From Minisyncoccia bacterium (GTDB taxonomy: Bacteria; Patescibacteriota; Minisyncoccia; Phycocordibacterales; Phycocordibacteraceae), in assembly GCA_050011835.1 (NCBI GenBank), contig JBEKII010000003.1, positions 39,842 to 103,841 on the forward strand: a stretch of DNA of 64,000 nucleotides. Direction: 5' to 3'. A model generated the notes under the pieces. That model was given only the letters and a program-made list of their open reading frames with translations, searched no databases and was not told where the DNA came from. The translations under genes were made by a program, and so were the position numbers. Position 1 is the stretch's first letter, and each line of letters opens with the position of its first letter. This document shows positions 38,491-48,365 of this stretch, one piece after another.

Positions 38491-39264
38491 ATGCAAAAAA
38501 CTGTAGCTATCATTCAAGCGCGGATGGGCTCGACTCGGTTGCCCGGCAAAATTTTGAAGCCGATTTTAGGATGGCCGATGCTTGCACAAATGCTTGAACG
38601 CGTAAAACAAGCGAAAAAGATTGACGCAATTGTTGTCGCGACAACTGATAAGACAGAAGACGATGCCATTGCACAACTTGCGCAGGAATGCAGTGTCAAT
38701 TGTTTCCGCGGAGACGAAAACGACGTGCTGGATAGATTTTATAAGGCGGCCAAAGAAGCCGGTGCGAGCATTGTGGTACGGCTCACGGGCGATTGTCCGC
38801 TCCATGATCCTGCGGTCATTGATGAAGTCATTGGGCGCTTTTTGAACAATAAGCTTGATTATGCATGCACCCCTGTGAATTATCCCGAGGGATTAGATAC
38901 CGAAGTATTTTTATTTTCAGCGCTTGAACGCGCATGGAAGAGCGCGACATTGCCGTCCGAGCGCGAACATGTGACGCGATATATCCGCAATCACCCGGAA
39001 TTATTTAATGTTGGTGAGTTATGGAAACAAGGCGACTATGATTACTCCGTTATGCATTGGTCGGTGGATACCGAACAGGATTTTGATTTTGTGACAAAAG
39101 TATTTGAGCAACTTTATCCGGTCAATCCACGTTTTAACAAAGACGATGTGTTTGAATTGCTCGCACGGCGGCCGGAACTTCTGGAGATAAATAAAGGAGG
39201 TACTGGATATGAGGGTTTAGCAAAATCTTTGAAAGAGGATATGGTTGTAAAAAGTCATCTATGA
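38491..39264 (+). CDS. SpsF-like cytidylyltransferase (CMP-nonulosonate synthetase family)
   Basis: IIQARMGSTRLPGK, DVLDRF, RLTGDCP, REHVT, SVDTEQD. Confidence 0.88.
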   Translation: MQKTVAIIQARMGSTRLPGKILKPILGWPMLAQMLERVKQAKKIDAIVVATTDKTEDDAIAQLAQECSVNCFRGDENDVLDRFYKAAKEAGASIVVRLTGDCPLHDPAVIDEVIGRFLNNKLDYACTPVNYPEGLDTEVFLFSALERAWKSATLPSEREHVTRYIRNHPELFNVGELWKQGDYDYSVMHWSVDTEQDFDFVTKVFEQLYPVNPRFNKDDVFELLARRPELLEINKGGTGYEGLAKSLKEDMVVKSHL

Positions 39265-40187
39265 CAACACAAAAAAGTAAACTCGTACTCGGCACCGTTC
39301 AGCTCGGCATGAAATACGGGCTCAACAATACTCATGGACAACCGACAAAGAAAGAATCCTTTGCGATATTGGATGCGGCGCTTGCCGTCGGCATTACCAC
39401 ATTTGATACTGCATATGCGTACGGCACCTCCGAAGACATTCTCGGCGCATGGATTCAGGAACGTTCCCTGGCGGGGAAGGTCCATATCATTTCAAAAATG
39501 AAACCGCATGTTCTGAACGATTATCCTGACGGAACGAAAGCCGCTGATATCGTACGAAGGGAATTAGTAAAATCATTACAGCGTCTTCATGTGGAGTCTC
39601 TTGACGGTTATTTATTTCACTCACCGTATTACATCTATCTGCACCATATGGTTGAAGGATTGCAAAAAGCTCGGGATGCCGGCATGGTGAAAAATATCGG
39701 CGTGTCAATCTATGACGAGCCCGAAGCCCTTCAAGCGGTTGAACTCGGCGTTGACTATGTGCAGGTGCCGTACAATGCATTTGACCAGCGGTTGGACGCC
39801 ACTGATTTTTTTGGCATAGCGAAGAAAAATAATGTAACCGTTTTTGCTCGCAGTCCTTTTCTGCAGGGATTAGTGCTAATGCGACCGAACCAGTTGCCGA
39901 AGCATCTTTCTTATATCCAGCCGTATCTAGAGCAGTTTATTGAAATTATCGGACGATATCACCTGTCTCCTGTTCAGGCCGCGCTCCTCTTTGCGAACGA
40001 ACACTGCAGGGCGGATTATATAGTTTTCGGTGTTGAAACTCTCTCTCAACTAAAAGAGAATATTGCCACCGTGAAAGATTCTGCATCTTCTCTTGGCAGT
40101 GGTTGGATCCTTGAAATAGAAAATTGCTTCAGGAATATTAATCATGGAGCCATTAATCTGAGTTTATGGAGCACGATAAAGCGATGA
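39261..40187 (+). CDS. Aldo/keto reductase
   Basis: LGTVQLG, FDTAYAYG, GVSIY, ARSPFLQG. Confidence 0.9.
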   Translation: MTTQKSKLVLGTVQLGMKYGLNNTHGQPTKKESFAILDAALAVGITTFDTAYAYGTSEDILGAWIQERSLAGKVHIISKMKPHVLNDYPDGTKAADIVRRELVKSLQRLHVESLDGYLFHSPYYIYLHHMVEGLQKARDAGMVKNIGVSIYDEPEALQAVELGVDYVQVPYNAFDQRLDATDFFGIAKKNNVTVFARSPFLQGLVLMRPNQLPKHLSYIQPYLEQFIEIIGRYHLSPVQAALLFANEHCRADYIVFGVETLSQLKENIATVKDSASSLGSGWILEIENCFRNINHGAINLSLWSTIKR

Positions 40188-40194
40188 ATTATCT

Positions 40195-40803
40195 ATGACT
40201 CCAGATGCGATTATCATTTTATCCGCAGGCTCCATTGCGTATGAAGAAGGCGGGAGGACCCATTGGCGCGCTACAACATACGACAATAGCGATGCGTTCG
40301 GGACACTTGGCGGCCGCGATCGCCTAGAAGCCGCCGCTCTGCTTGCCGAAAAATATCCGGATGCGTATTTCGTAACGGTCTCACGCAACTTTACGGGCCT
40401 CCCAACGTTGGCGCAGATATATGCCGATGAATTGCGCGAATTGGGCGTGGCACCTGAACGCATCATACAAGAGGAACATTCGACAAACACTGAGACCGTT
40501 GTACAACAAGCAATACGGCTCGCACAGAAAAAAGGATGGAAGAAAATCCTTTTCCTTTCAAGCGATTACCATCTCCCGCGTATCATCGCGTTTTATCGCC
40601 GCCAGAAAGATGACATCTTAGGAGATTTTGTTTCTTCCGAATCGATACTTGGTGCAGTTGATTCGAAATTTGCCGCGCGATTTGCCGCGGTGCAGAAAAC
40701 TGCCGCGTACCAAACGCGGATTGCATCGGAGGCGCGCGGACTTGCAGCCCTTGAGGAAGGTGCCTATCAGAGCGCTCCCGCAGAAGACAAACACGAGCAC
40801 TAG
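40195..40803 (+). CDS. YdcF/DUF218 family protein
   Basis: DAIIIL, RLEAA, EEHSTNT, SSDYHLPR. Confidence 0.8.
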   Translation: MTPDAIIILSAGSIAYEEGGRTHWRATTYDNSDAFGTLGGRDRLEAAALLAEKYPDAYFVTVSRNFTGLPTLAQIYADELRELGVAPERIIQEEHSTNTETVVQQAIRLAQKKGWKKILFLSSDYHLPRIIAFYRRQKDDILGDFVSSESILGAVDSKFAARFAAVQKTAAYQTRIASEARGLAALEEGAYQSAPAEDKHEH

Positions 40804-40823
40804 AGGTATTATCCCGTTACAAT

Positions 40824-41519
40824 ATGAACAAAAAAACCGTCATCATCACCGGCGTATCATCGGGTCTCGGAAAGGCCCTTTTTGATACCCTGCGCGGCAC
40901 GGGTGTGCGTCTCATCTGTATTTCGCGCACATTTCTTAGCTATCAAACTGCACTTTCAGACAAAAATGTGACGTTGCTCGTATGCGACCTCAGCAATGTG
41001 AAAGAAGTATTTTCTATCACCCAGAAATTGAACAAGATTTTGGAAGGTGCAAATGACATTGTTTTTATAAACAACGCCGCAACAATCGCGCCAATAGGGC
41101 TCATCGGCGAGATTGACGACGGGGCGATTGTCGCGGCTGCGAATATAAATTTTGTGAGTCCCATGCTCATCATGAATGTTTTGTGCAAGTTACAAAAAGC
41201 GAAAAAACTTACCTTTATTCATCTCACAACAGGTGCGGCACGCACGCCCATCATTGGCTGGCCGTTGTACTGTTCCACCAAAGCCGCGCTCAAAATGTTC
41301 TTTGCGATAATAAAGAGGCAATATAAGAACAACAAAAGATTTATCGTCCACGAATTTGACCCCGGCGTGATGAACACGCCCATGCAAAAACAGATACGGC
41401 AATCCTCGCGCAAGAATTTTCCGCGCGTTGAAGAGTTTAAAAAACTGCAACGGGCGCGCAAACTGTCAAACCCGTTGTTTGTCGCGCAGAAATTAGTCAA
41501 GCGCTATATACGCGTATGA
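40824..41519 (+). CDS. Short-chain dehydrogenase/reductase (benzil/sepiapterin reductase-like)
   Basis: TGVSSGLG, INNAA, YCSTK, PGVMNTPMQ. Confidence 0.88.
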   Translation: MNKKTVIITGVSSGLGKALFDTLRGTGVRLICISRTFLSYQTALSDKNVTLLVCDLSNVKEVFSITQKLNKILEGANDIVFINNAATIAPIGLIGEIDDGAIVAAANINFVSPMLIMNVLCKLQKAKKLTFIHLTTGAARTPIIGWPLYCSTKAALKMFFAIIKRQYKNNKRFIVHEFDPGVMNTPMQKQIRQSSRKNFPRVEEFKKLQRARKLSNPLFVAQKLVKRYIRV

Positions 41520-42220
41520 AGATAGGCGTCCTCGCAGATATTCACGGCAATAATATTGCGCTTCACGCGGTACTGGAAGAAGCGTTAAAAGAGGGCATTG
41601 ACCGGCTTTTTGTGCTTGGTGATTTCGTTGGTTATTACTACAGTCCGAACGAAGTACTTGCGCAACTGGCGAATTTTAAAACGACGATGATACGCGGCAA
41701 TCACGAAACGATGATGGAGGTGGCGCAACATGATGAAGTGTTAGCAAAAAAGATACGCGCGAAATACGGAAGCGGAGCATCGCTCGCGCTGGAAAACCTT
41801 TCTAAAGAACAGATTAAGCAGTTACGAGAGCTTCCAGAAACCGCCGAAATTGCTCTTGATGGCGTAACGTTCCTATTGTGTCACGGCTCTCCGTGGGACA
41901 CGAATGAATATATATATCCGGATGCGGATGAGACGACGCTCCGTGCGTGCGCATCGCAAGGGGCGGATTTCGTATTGCTTGGACACACCCATTATCCCTT
42001 GATGTATACCTATAAAGGCAAGGTCGTACTTAACCCGGGATCGGTAGGGCAGCCGAGGGATATAGGAAATATGGCGAGTTGGGCTATTATTGATACCGCG
42101 AATCGGAGCGTTATACAAAAACGGACAATGTTCGATACCGCTCCGATTCTGCAAGAAGCGCAACGCAGAGACCCTGCGGTTCCTTATCTCGTGGACGTGC
42201 TCCGAAGAAAAAAGATATGA
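41516..42220 (+). CDS. Calcineurin-like metallophosphoesterase
   Basis: DIHGN, GDFVG, GNHE, HGSP, GHTH, NPGSVGQPRD. Confidence 0.92.
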   Translation: MKIGVLADIHGNNIALHAVLEEALKEGIDRLFVLGDFVGYYYSPNEVLAQLANFKTTMIRGNHETMMEVAQHDEVLAKKIRAKYGSGASLALENLSKEQIKQLRELPETAEIALDGVTFLLCHGSPWDTNEYIYPDADETTLRACASQGADFVLLGHTHYPLMYTYKGKVVLNPGSVGQPRDIGNMASWAIIDTANRSVIQKRTMFDTAPILQEAQRRDPAVPYLVDVLRRKKI

Positions 42221-43170
42221 AAAAATATAAATCAATTTTGGTAACCGGTTGCGGAGGCGACATCGGCACCGGTATCGGCCGCATCCTAAAAGAAACTGGT
42301 CTCGTGCAAACGATTATTGGCGCCGATATACGTCCGGACAATGCAGGAATATGCGTTTTTGACACCTGTGATGTGCTGCCGAGGGCGGATGACTCGCAAT
42401 ATTTTGACGTTCTTGAACAGCTCGTTAAGAAATATTCTGTGGACTTGCTGATTCCTATGTCCGAGGCCGAGATACGTTTGTGGTATCGAAACGATTATTC
42501 CGAAACGTTTGCCGGAGTGCCGGTGGTTATGCCGAATCGTGAAGTGTTCGATGTCGCTATCGACAAGCTTGTTACCGCCGAGTTTTTAAAGTCACACGGC
42601 CTGCCGTATCCCTGGACTATGCTGGTTCGCGACGGGACCCCGCGCGCGTTCCCCTGCATCATTAAAAGTCGCGGTATCGGAAGCAAAGGAGGAGTTGAAA
42701 TTGTTGATAAATTCTCGGTTTCCTATTTTAGTGCCAAGCGCCCCGACAATATCTGGCAAGAATACCTTGAAGGCGAAGAGTACACCGCCGGCGTCTACGG
42801 TTGTCAGAATGGAGAAATACGAACTATCGTTATGAAGCGGAAACTTTCCGGCGGTATGACGGGCTACACTTCGGGAGGGGAAGTTGTTGACGAACCGGAC
42901 ATAACGCGCGTGCTCATGCAACTGGCGAAGGGACTTTCGCTTAAAGGCAGTATCAACGTCCAATTACGGCTCACAAAAAAAGGGCCTGTCATATTTGAAA
43001 TAAATCCGCGTTTCTCCAGCACCGTCGTATTCCGGCATAAACTGGGATTCAAGGACGTGGTGTGGTCCTTGGAAGAAAAGTTGGGATATCCCGCCTCTTC
43101 GTATGTGCCGCCCAAAGCGGGTACGAAATTCTACAAGGGCTATACGGAATACATCACATCCACATCTTGA
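42217..43170 (+). CDS. ATP-grasp ligase (CarB-like, glycan-locus type)
   Basis: ILVTGCGG, DK, WQEYLEGEEYT, INVQ, FEINPRFSS. Confidence 0.87.
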   Translation: MKKYKSILVTGCGGDIGTGIGRILKETGLVQTIIGADIRPDNAGICVFDTCDVLPRADDSQYFDVLEQLVKKYSVDLLIPMSEAEIRLWYRNDYSETFAGVPVVMPNREVFDVAIDKLVTAEFLKSHGLPYPWTMLVRDGTPRAFPCIIKSRGIGSKGGVEIVDKFSVSYFSAKRPDNIWQEYLEGEEYTAGVYGCQNGEIRTIVMKRKLSGGMTGYTSGGEVVDEPDITRVLMQLAKGLSLKGSINVQLRLTKKGPVIFEINPRFSSTVVFRHKLGFKDVVWSLEEKLGYPASSYVPPKAGTKFYKGYTEYITSTS

Positions 43171-43242
43171 CAACAGCGTTTTAATGAGTATTCTATTTAC
43201 AGGCGCTCATTTTGTTATTAACATTAAAAAAGAAAGGGAGGT
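43167..43242 (+). promoter_or_regulatory. sigma70 promoter and SD of pseI
   Basis: TTGACA(43167)-16 nt-TATTCT; GGGAGGT just before the ATG. Confidence 0.6.
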
Positions 43243-43245
43243 ATC

Positions 43246-44310
43246 ATGAAAAAAAATACGGTCAAAATAGGAAAGCGCACGATTGGACCAGGACAGCCGG
43301 TCTTTATGATCGCAGAGATGTCCGGTAATCACAATCACAACGTCAGGCGTGCACATGCCATCGTTGATGCCGCCGCGGATGCCGGTGCCGATGCCCTTAA
43401 GCTCCAAACCTATACCGCCGATACCATCACGCTCAATTCCGACCGACCCGAGTTTCTCGTCACGTGGCAGAACAAAAAGCGTACGCTCTATGACCTTTAC
43501 CAAGAAGCGGGAACGCCGTGGGAATGGCATGCGGAGCTTTTCGCTCATGCGCGTGAACGCGGCATGATACCGTTCTCTTCGCCCTTCGATACGACCGCGG
43601 TTGACTTTCTTGAGCGACTCAATGTTCTTCTCTATAAAGTCGCCTCGTTTGAAGTCGTAGACATTCCGCTTCTTGAAGCGATAGGGAAGACGAAGAAACC
43701 GGTCATCATGTCGCGCGGGATGTCGAGTTTTGAAGAGCTCCAGCTCGCTATTGATACCCTGCGCAACGCCGGCACCAAAGATATCGTAATTCTGCATTGT
43801 GTAAGCGCATATCCGGCGAAGCCAGAGGATATGAATCTGAAAACGATTCCGTACATTGCGGAACGCTTTGGCATTCCGGCGGGATTATCAGACCATACGC
43901 TTGGCACTGATGTCGCCGTTGCTGCGGTAGCGCTTGGTGCTCGGGCGATAGAAAAGCACATGACACTCAAGCGTGCCGAGGGCGGTGTTGATTCGGAGTT
44001 CTCGCTTGAACCGGCCGAGTTCGCGGCGCTCGTCCAGTCAGCGCACATTGTAGAAAGTGCGCTTGGGAAACCGACTGATGCGCGCGGCGCGCGCGAAGAA
44101 GGAGAAGCCCGATTTCGCAAGTCGCTATTCGCGGCGGCCGATATCAAAAAGGGCGAGATCTTTACCGAGAAGAATATCCGCTCGGTGCGACCGAGCGCGG
44201 GCTTACCGTCCAAGTATTATCATCAAGTGTTGGGTAAGCGCGCAACGCGCGATATTTCCTTCGCATCGCCGCTTAAATGGAATATGGTCCAAGGCGGGCG
44301 GCGAAAATAG
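43246..44310 (+). CDS. pseI: Pseudaminic acid synthase (NeuB family)
   Basis: IAEMSGNHN, KLQTYTADTIT, TPWEWH, KVASFE, GLSDHTLG, IEKH, C-terminal SAF domain. Confidence 0.9.
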   Translation: MKKNTVKIGKRTIGPGQPVFMIAEMSGNHNHNVRRAHAIVDAAADAGADALKLQTYTADTITLNSDRPEFLVTWQNKKRTLYDLYQEAGTPWEWHAELFAHARERGMIPFSSPFDTTAVDFLERLNVLLYKVASFEVVDIPLLEAIGKTKKPVIMSRGMSSFEELQLAIDTLRNAGTKDIVILHCVSAYPAKPEDMNLKTIPYIAERFGIPAGLSDHTLGTDVAVAAVALGARAIEKHMTLKRAEGGVDSEFSLEPAEFAALVQSAHIVESALGKPTDARGAREEGEARFRKSLFAAADIKKGEIFTEKNIRSVRPSAGLPSKYYHQVLGKRATRDISFASPLKWNMVQGGRRK

Positions 44311-44334
44311 CTTAAATGCAGACGTTTTCGTTTT

Positions 44335-44367
44335 CTGGCTCCTCGCCGCGAGGAGCCAGTTTCTTTT
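44335..44367 (+). terminator. Rho-independent terminator
   Basis: ctggctcctcg-ccg-cgaggagccag followed by tttctttt. Confidence 0.75.
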
Positions 44368-44401
44368 AGCGGCTCGTACAGGTTATAGTTACCATTACCA
44401 T

Positions 44402-46162
44402 ATGAAGAATACTTTGGCGACGCTCTGGCAGGCGTTTCGCAGATATCGATGGCACATCGCGGTACTCGTGGTGTTTGGGTTCTTGAGCGCCATACTAGAA
44501 GGCATCGGCATCAACGCTGTCATTCCGCTCGTATCTTTTTTCACTGGTGCAAGTAGCGGGCCGACTGATTTCATTACTCACACCATTCAAATACTGTTCG
44601 GCTTCTTCCACATACCATTCAGTTTCCGTTATCTGCTCGGTTTCATTTTTTGTCTATTCATATTGCGAGCATTGTCCGTCGTCGTGTTCGGCTACGTTCG
44701 CGGCTGGATAAGCGCGGACTTCCTCGGCAAAGAAAGCGAGGACGTGTTGCGCCGAACGCTCCTTTCTTCGTGGTCATTTTCGCTGAAGCAGAAAATAGGC
44801 ACCATGCACAATACACTCGTGCGTGACATTCAACAGACCGGAGCGCTTCTCGGCACGGTGGCGCAGATCGTTCAATCGTTCAGCGGTTTCCTTATGTATC
44901 TCTTAGTAACCATCAATATTTCACCGACCATGACGTTGTATACGCTTGGCGGCGGCGCCATCCTCGTGTTCTTTTTGCAGCCGCTTCTTCGGCGTGCCAA
45001 GCGTATCGCGGAGCAAGCGGCAGGAGTTGAGAAGCAGTTCGCGCAATTTCTAAGCGAGCACATCATCGGATTGAAATCCGTCAAAGCCGCCGGTGCGGAG
45101 CGCTCCGCTATTGCGGATGGCAACGAGCACATACAGCTCCTGCGTTCTCTTTCAATACGACAATCACTCGTTCATTCCATTAGCACCAGTTTCTTCCAGC
45201 CGTTCAGCATCGTCCTCGTCATCGTGCTTTTTTTGCTGACGTATCACACACCCTCGTTCAACGTCATTTCATTTGCGGCTTCATTGTATCTGATACAAAA
45301 AATGTTCACGTATCTCGAGTCCGGACAAGCCGCTCTGCAGTCGGTAGGCGAGCTGGTTCCGTATACACAGAATATCGCCGCGTTCAAGCGCAAGCTTGAT
45401 CTGCATCGCGAGCTATCCTCGGGCGATGCACCCTTTGCCTTTGCAAGAGAACTTTCTTTTAAAAATATCTCATTCTCATATGATGAAGACAAACCAATTT
45501 TAAGCGGAGTCAATTTTTCGATACGAGCAGGGGAAACAACGGGACTCATTGGACCTTCGGGCGCAGGGAAAACGTCAATTGCCGACCTCATCTTGCGTCT
45601 TTTCAAACCGGACGAAGGTTCACTATTACTTGATGGAGTGCCGAGCGAATCTATTGCTCTTGAGGCATGGCGCAAACATATCGGCTACGTATCTCAAGAT
45701 GTGTTCCTGCTCAATAGCTCTATTGAAGAAAACATTCGGTTTTATAATCAGACGTTGACCACTGAAGATATCGAGAACGCCGCAAAGCAAGCGAATATCT
45801 ATGACTTCATTAAGGAATTGCCTCAAGGATTCAAGACGGTAACGGGCGACCGAGGCGTCATGCTCTCGGGCGGACAGCGCCAACGTGTCGCGCTTGCCCG
45901 TGCGCTTGCCGGCAAACCAGCGCTTCTTCTATTGGACGAAGCGACGAGCGCTCTTGATTACGAATCAGAAAAACTTATCCATGAATCTATTCGAGCGCTT
46001 CATGGGGGTGTAACGGTACTTATCATTGCGCATCGTCCATCTACTGTCGCCGAGGCCGATACTATTCTCGTATTGAATCATGGTCACATAGAAGAGCGCG
46101 GTTCGCCGCAGGAACTTCTCCGAGACAGTGAGTCGTATTTCTACAAAATGCAGGAGGCGTAA
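44402..46162 (+). CDS. ABC exporter, fused permease/ATPase (PglK/MsbA-like lipid-linked glycan flippase)
   Basis: N-terminal TMs with LEGIGI..VIP, Walker A GPSGAGKT, LSGGQRQR, LDEATSALD, IAHR. Confidence 0.88.
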   Translation: MKNTLATLWQAFRRYRWHIAVLVVFGFLSAILEGIGINAVIPLVSFFTGASSGPTDFITHTIQILFGFFHIPFSFRYLLGFIFCLFILRALSVVVFGYVRGWISADFLGKESEDVLRRTLLSSWSFSLKQKIGTMHNTLVRDIQQTGALLGTVAQIVQSFSGFLMYLLVTINISPTMTLYTLGGGAILVFFLQPLLRRAKRIAEQAAGVEKQFAQFLSEHIIGLKSVKAAGAERSAIADGNEHIQLLRSLSIRQSLVHSISTSFFQPFSIVLVIVLFLLTYHTPSFNVISFAASLYLIQKMFTYLESGQAALQSVGELVPYTQNIAAFKRKLDLHRELSSGDAPFAFARELSFKNISFSYDEDKPILSGVNFSIRAGETTGLIGPSGAGKTSIADLILRLFKPDEGSLLLDGVPSESIALEAWRKHIGYVSQDVFLLNSSIEENIRFYNQTLTTEDIENAAKQANIYDFIKELPQGFKTVTGDRGVMLSGGQRQRVALARALAGKPALLLLDEATSALDYESEKLIHESIRALHGGVTVLIIAHRPSTVAEADTILVLNHGHIEERGSPQELLRDSESYFYKMQEA

Positions 46163-46196
46163 AAGCTCGCCGTGTCTGTGGTATAGTATGACTATC

Positions 46197-48365
46197 ATGC
46201 GGGATAAGGAGATAGCGAAGCAGATTGCGAGGTGGGTGGCGCTCGGAGCGCTTTTCCTCATACCGCTCGCGCCGCTTATCGTTGCGAATTCGCTCTTTTT
46301 CCCCTTTATCACCGGGAAAGCGTTTTTCTTCAGGATTCTTGTAGAAATCGCTGTGTGTGCGTGGATAGTACTCGCATTTCTTGATAAAGAATATCGTCCG
46401 CGCTTTTCTTGGATTGGAGTTGCGGTGCTCGCTTTCGTCGCGTGGATGTTCATCTCGGATCTTTTCGCAATTAATGTTGCAAAGGCTTTTTGGAGCAATT
46501 TTGAGCGCATGGAGGGTTGGGTACTACTCATTCATCTTCTTGGTTTTTTCTTTGTGGCGAGCGCGGTGCTGCGGGTGGAAAAGAAGTGGCGTGCGTGGTT
46601 TCTCGCGTCTCTCGGTGTTTCTTGTGTCGTTTCCGCATACGCATTTCTGCAACTCGCGGGCACGCTGGCTATCCATCAAGGTTCTTCCCGCATTGACGCC
46701 ACGTTCGGCAATTCTGCGTATCTCGCGATTTATCTTCTTTTTAATACCTTCATCGCGCTTTGGCTCGCGTCAACTGAGAAGCGTCCATGGCTCAAATGGT
46801 CATTGTTCGCGCTCGCTTTCATAGAGGCAGTACTCATCTTTTTTACCGAGACGCGCGGAACAATCTTAGGATTTATTGGCGCGCTCGCGCTCGCCGCGCT
46901 TATCGCCGCGTGTACCGCGGGCAAACATATTCGTCGCATCGCCATCGGCGCGCTCGCGATTATTTTGATCCTTGCGGGCGGTTTTTATTTTGCGCGCAAT
47001 TCTAATTTCATACAGAACAATCACGTACTCCAACGCGTTGCCTCCATTTCGCTCTCTGATGGCCAGACGCGTTTCACCATCTGGCATATGGCATTTGAGG
47101 GGATGCTCGAACGTCCTCTTACGGGCTGGGGACAAGAGGGCTTCAATTATGTTTTCAATAAATATTATGACCCGTCGCTATATCAACAGGAGCCGTGGTT
47201 TGACCGTGCACATAACGCCTTCATTGATTGGCTCGCCGCAGGAGGCATTCCAGCATTTCTTCTCTATCTTTCACTTTTCGGCTCCGCCATTATATTGCTC
47301 TGGAAAAGTTCAACGCTCTCACGCCCGGAGCGTATCGTGCTTACCGCGGCGCTCGTCGGCTATGCCTGCCACAATCTTTTTGTTTTTGACAACCTTTATT
47401 CATATATATATTTCTTCGCGATACTCGCACTCATTGATTCGCAGGTTGCGCGGCCGATTGCCCGTTTTGAACGCGCGCCCGAACTTGCCGCGACAGATGG
47501 GATGACGTATGCTCTTCCGATCGGTGCCGTCGCCGCTTTTGCACTCGTTTGGTATATCAATATCCCCGGAATGCAAGTCGCGGCGAAGCTCATTACGGCG
47601 CTTTCGCCTTCTGCCGCCGGAATTGAAGGGAACATCGCTGCGTTTGAAGACCTTGCCGCACATCCGGCGTTCGCGGCGCAGGAAGTTCGCGAACAAATCA
47701 TTTCCTCCGCGGCAAGTATTGTGCAAAGTCAGTCGGCGACAGATGCTGAAAAACAGCAGGCGGTCTCGCTTGCCATAACCGAAATGCAAAAACAGGTTGC
47801 TGCGTATCCGCAAGACGCGCGCGAGCGGCTCCAACTCTCATATGCGTATCGCGTTGCGGGCGACAACGCCGATGCGCTCAAGCAAGTCCAAGCCGCGATT
47901 CTTCTCTCGCCGAATAAAGAGGAATTCTTTGTTGAAGCGGGCGCGATTGAATGGGATTTGAATGACGTCAAAGCGGCACAAACAGATTTCAATAAGGCGT
48001 ATGCGCTCGGTCCCTCGTTCTCAGATCTCGCCACGTATGCGGCCGCCGGCGATATTGCCGCCGGAGACCAGTCAACGGGCAACAAAATCCTGCTTAGTAC
48101 CTTCGGCACCACGACCCTTGACAGCGATATTCTCGCAGTTGCTTATTATCAAGCGAGAGATTGGCCGCAACTTATCGCCATTTGGAAATCGCGCGCGGAG
48201 AAGCCCGGCGCAAGTGTTGAGATCTGGTTTTCTCTCGCCTCGGCATATTATGTCGCGGGTGATGCTGCAGACGCCATTGCAACGATTCATGCCGCGGTCG
48301 CACTGTATCCGGACGCATCTTCCTCCGGCGCCGCCGCCATCAAACAAATAGAAGCAGGTAAATGA
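46197..48365 (+). CDS. O-antigen ligase/O-oligosaccharyltransferase-like (Wzy_C) membrane protein with C-terminal TPR repeats
   Basis: TFGN, TETRG, R..IW, GWGQEGF, DRAHN; about 12 TMs; Ala-rich helical TPR tail. Confidence 0.85.
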   Translation: MRDKEIAKQIARWVALGALFLIPLAPLIVANSLFFPFITGKAFFFRILVEIAVCAWIVLAFLDKEYRPRFSWIGVAVLAFVAWMFISDLFAINVAKAFWSNFERMEGWVLLIHLLGFFFVASAVLRVEKKWRAWFLASLGVSCVVSAYAFLQLAGTLAIHQGSSRIDATFGNSAYLAIYLLFNTFIALWLASTEKRPWLKWSLFALAFIEAVLIFFTETRGTILGFIGALALAALIAACTAGKHIRRIAIGALAIILILAGGFYFARNSNFIQNNHVLQRVASISLSDGQTRFTIWHMAFEGMLERPLTGWGQEGFNYVFNKYYDPSLYQQEPWFDRAHNAFIDWLAAGGIPAFLLYLSLFGSAIILLWKSSTLSRPERIVLTAALVGYACHNLFVFDNLYSYIYFFAILALIDSQVARPIARFERAPELAATDGMTYALPIGAVAAFALVWYINIPGMQVAAKLITALSPSAAGIEGNIAAFEDLAAHPAFAAQEVREQIISSAASIVQSQSATDAEKQQAVSLAITEMQKQVAAYPQDARERLQLSYAYRVAGDNADALKQVQAAILLSPNKEEFFVEAGAIEWDLNDVKAAQTDFNKAYALGPSFSDLATYAAAGDIAAGDQSTGNKILLSTFGTTTLDSDILAVAYYQARDWPQLIAIWKSRAEKPGASVEIWFSLASAYYVAGDAADAIATIHAAVALYPDASSSGAAAIKQIEAGK

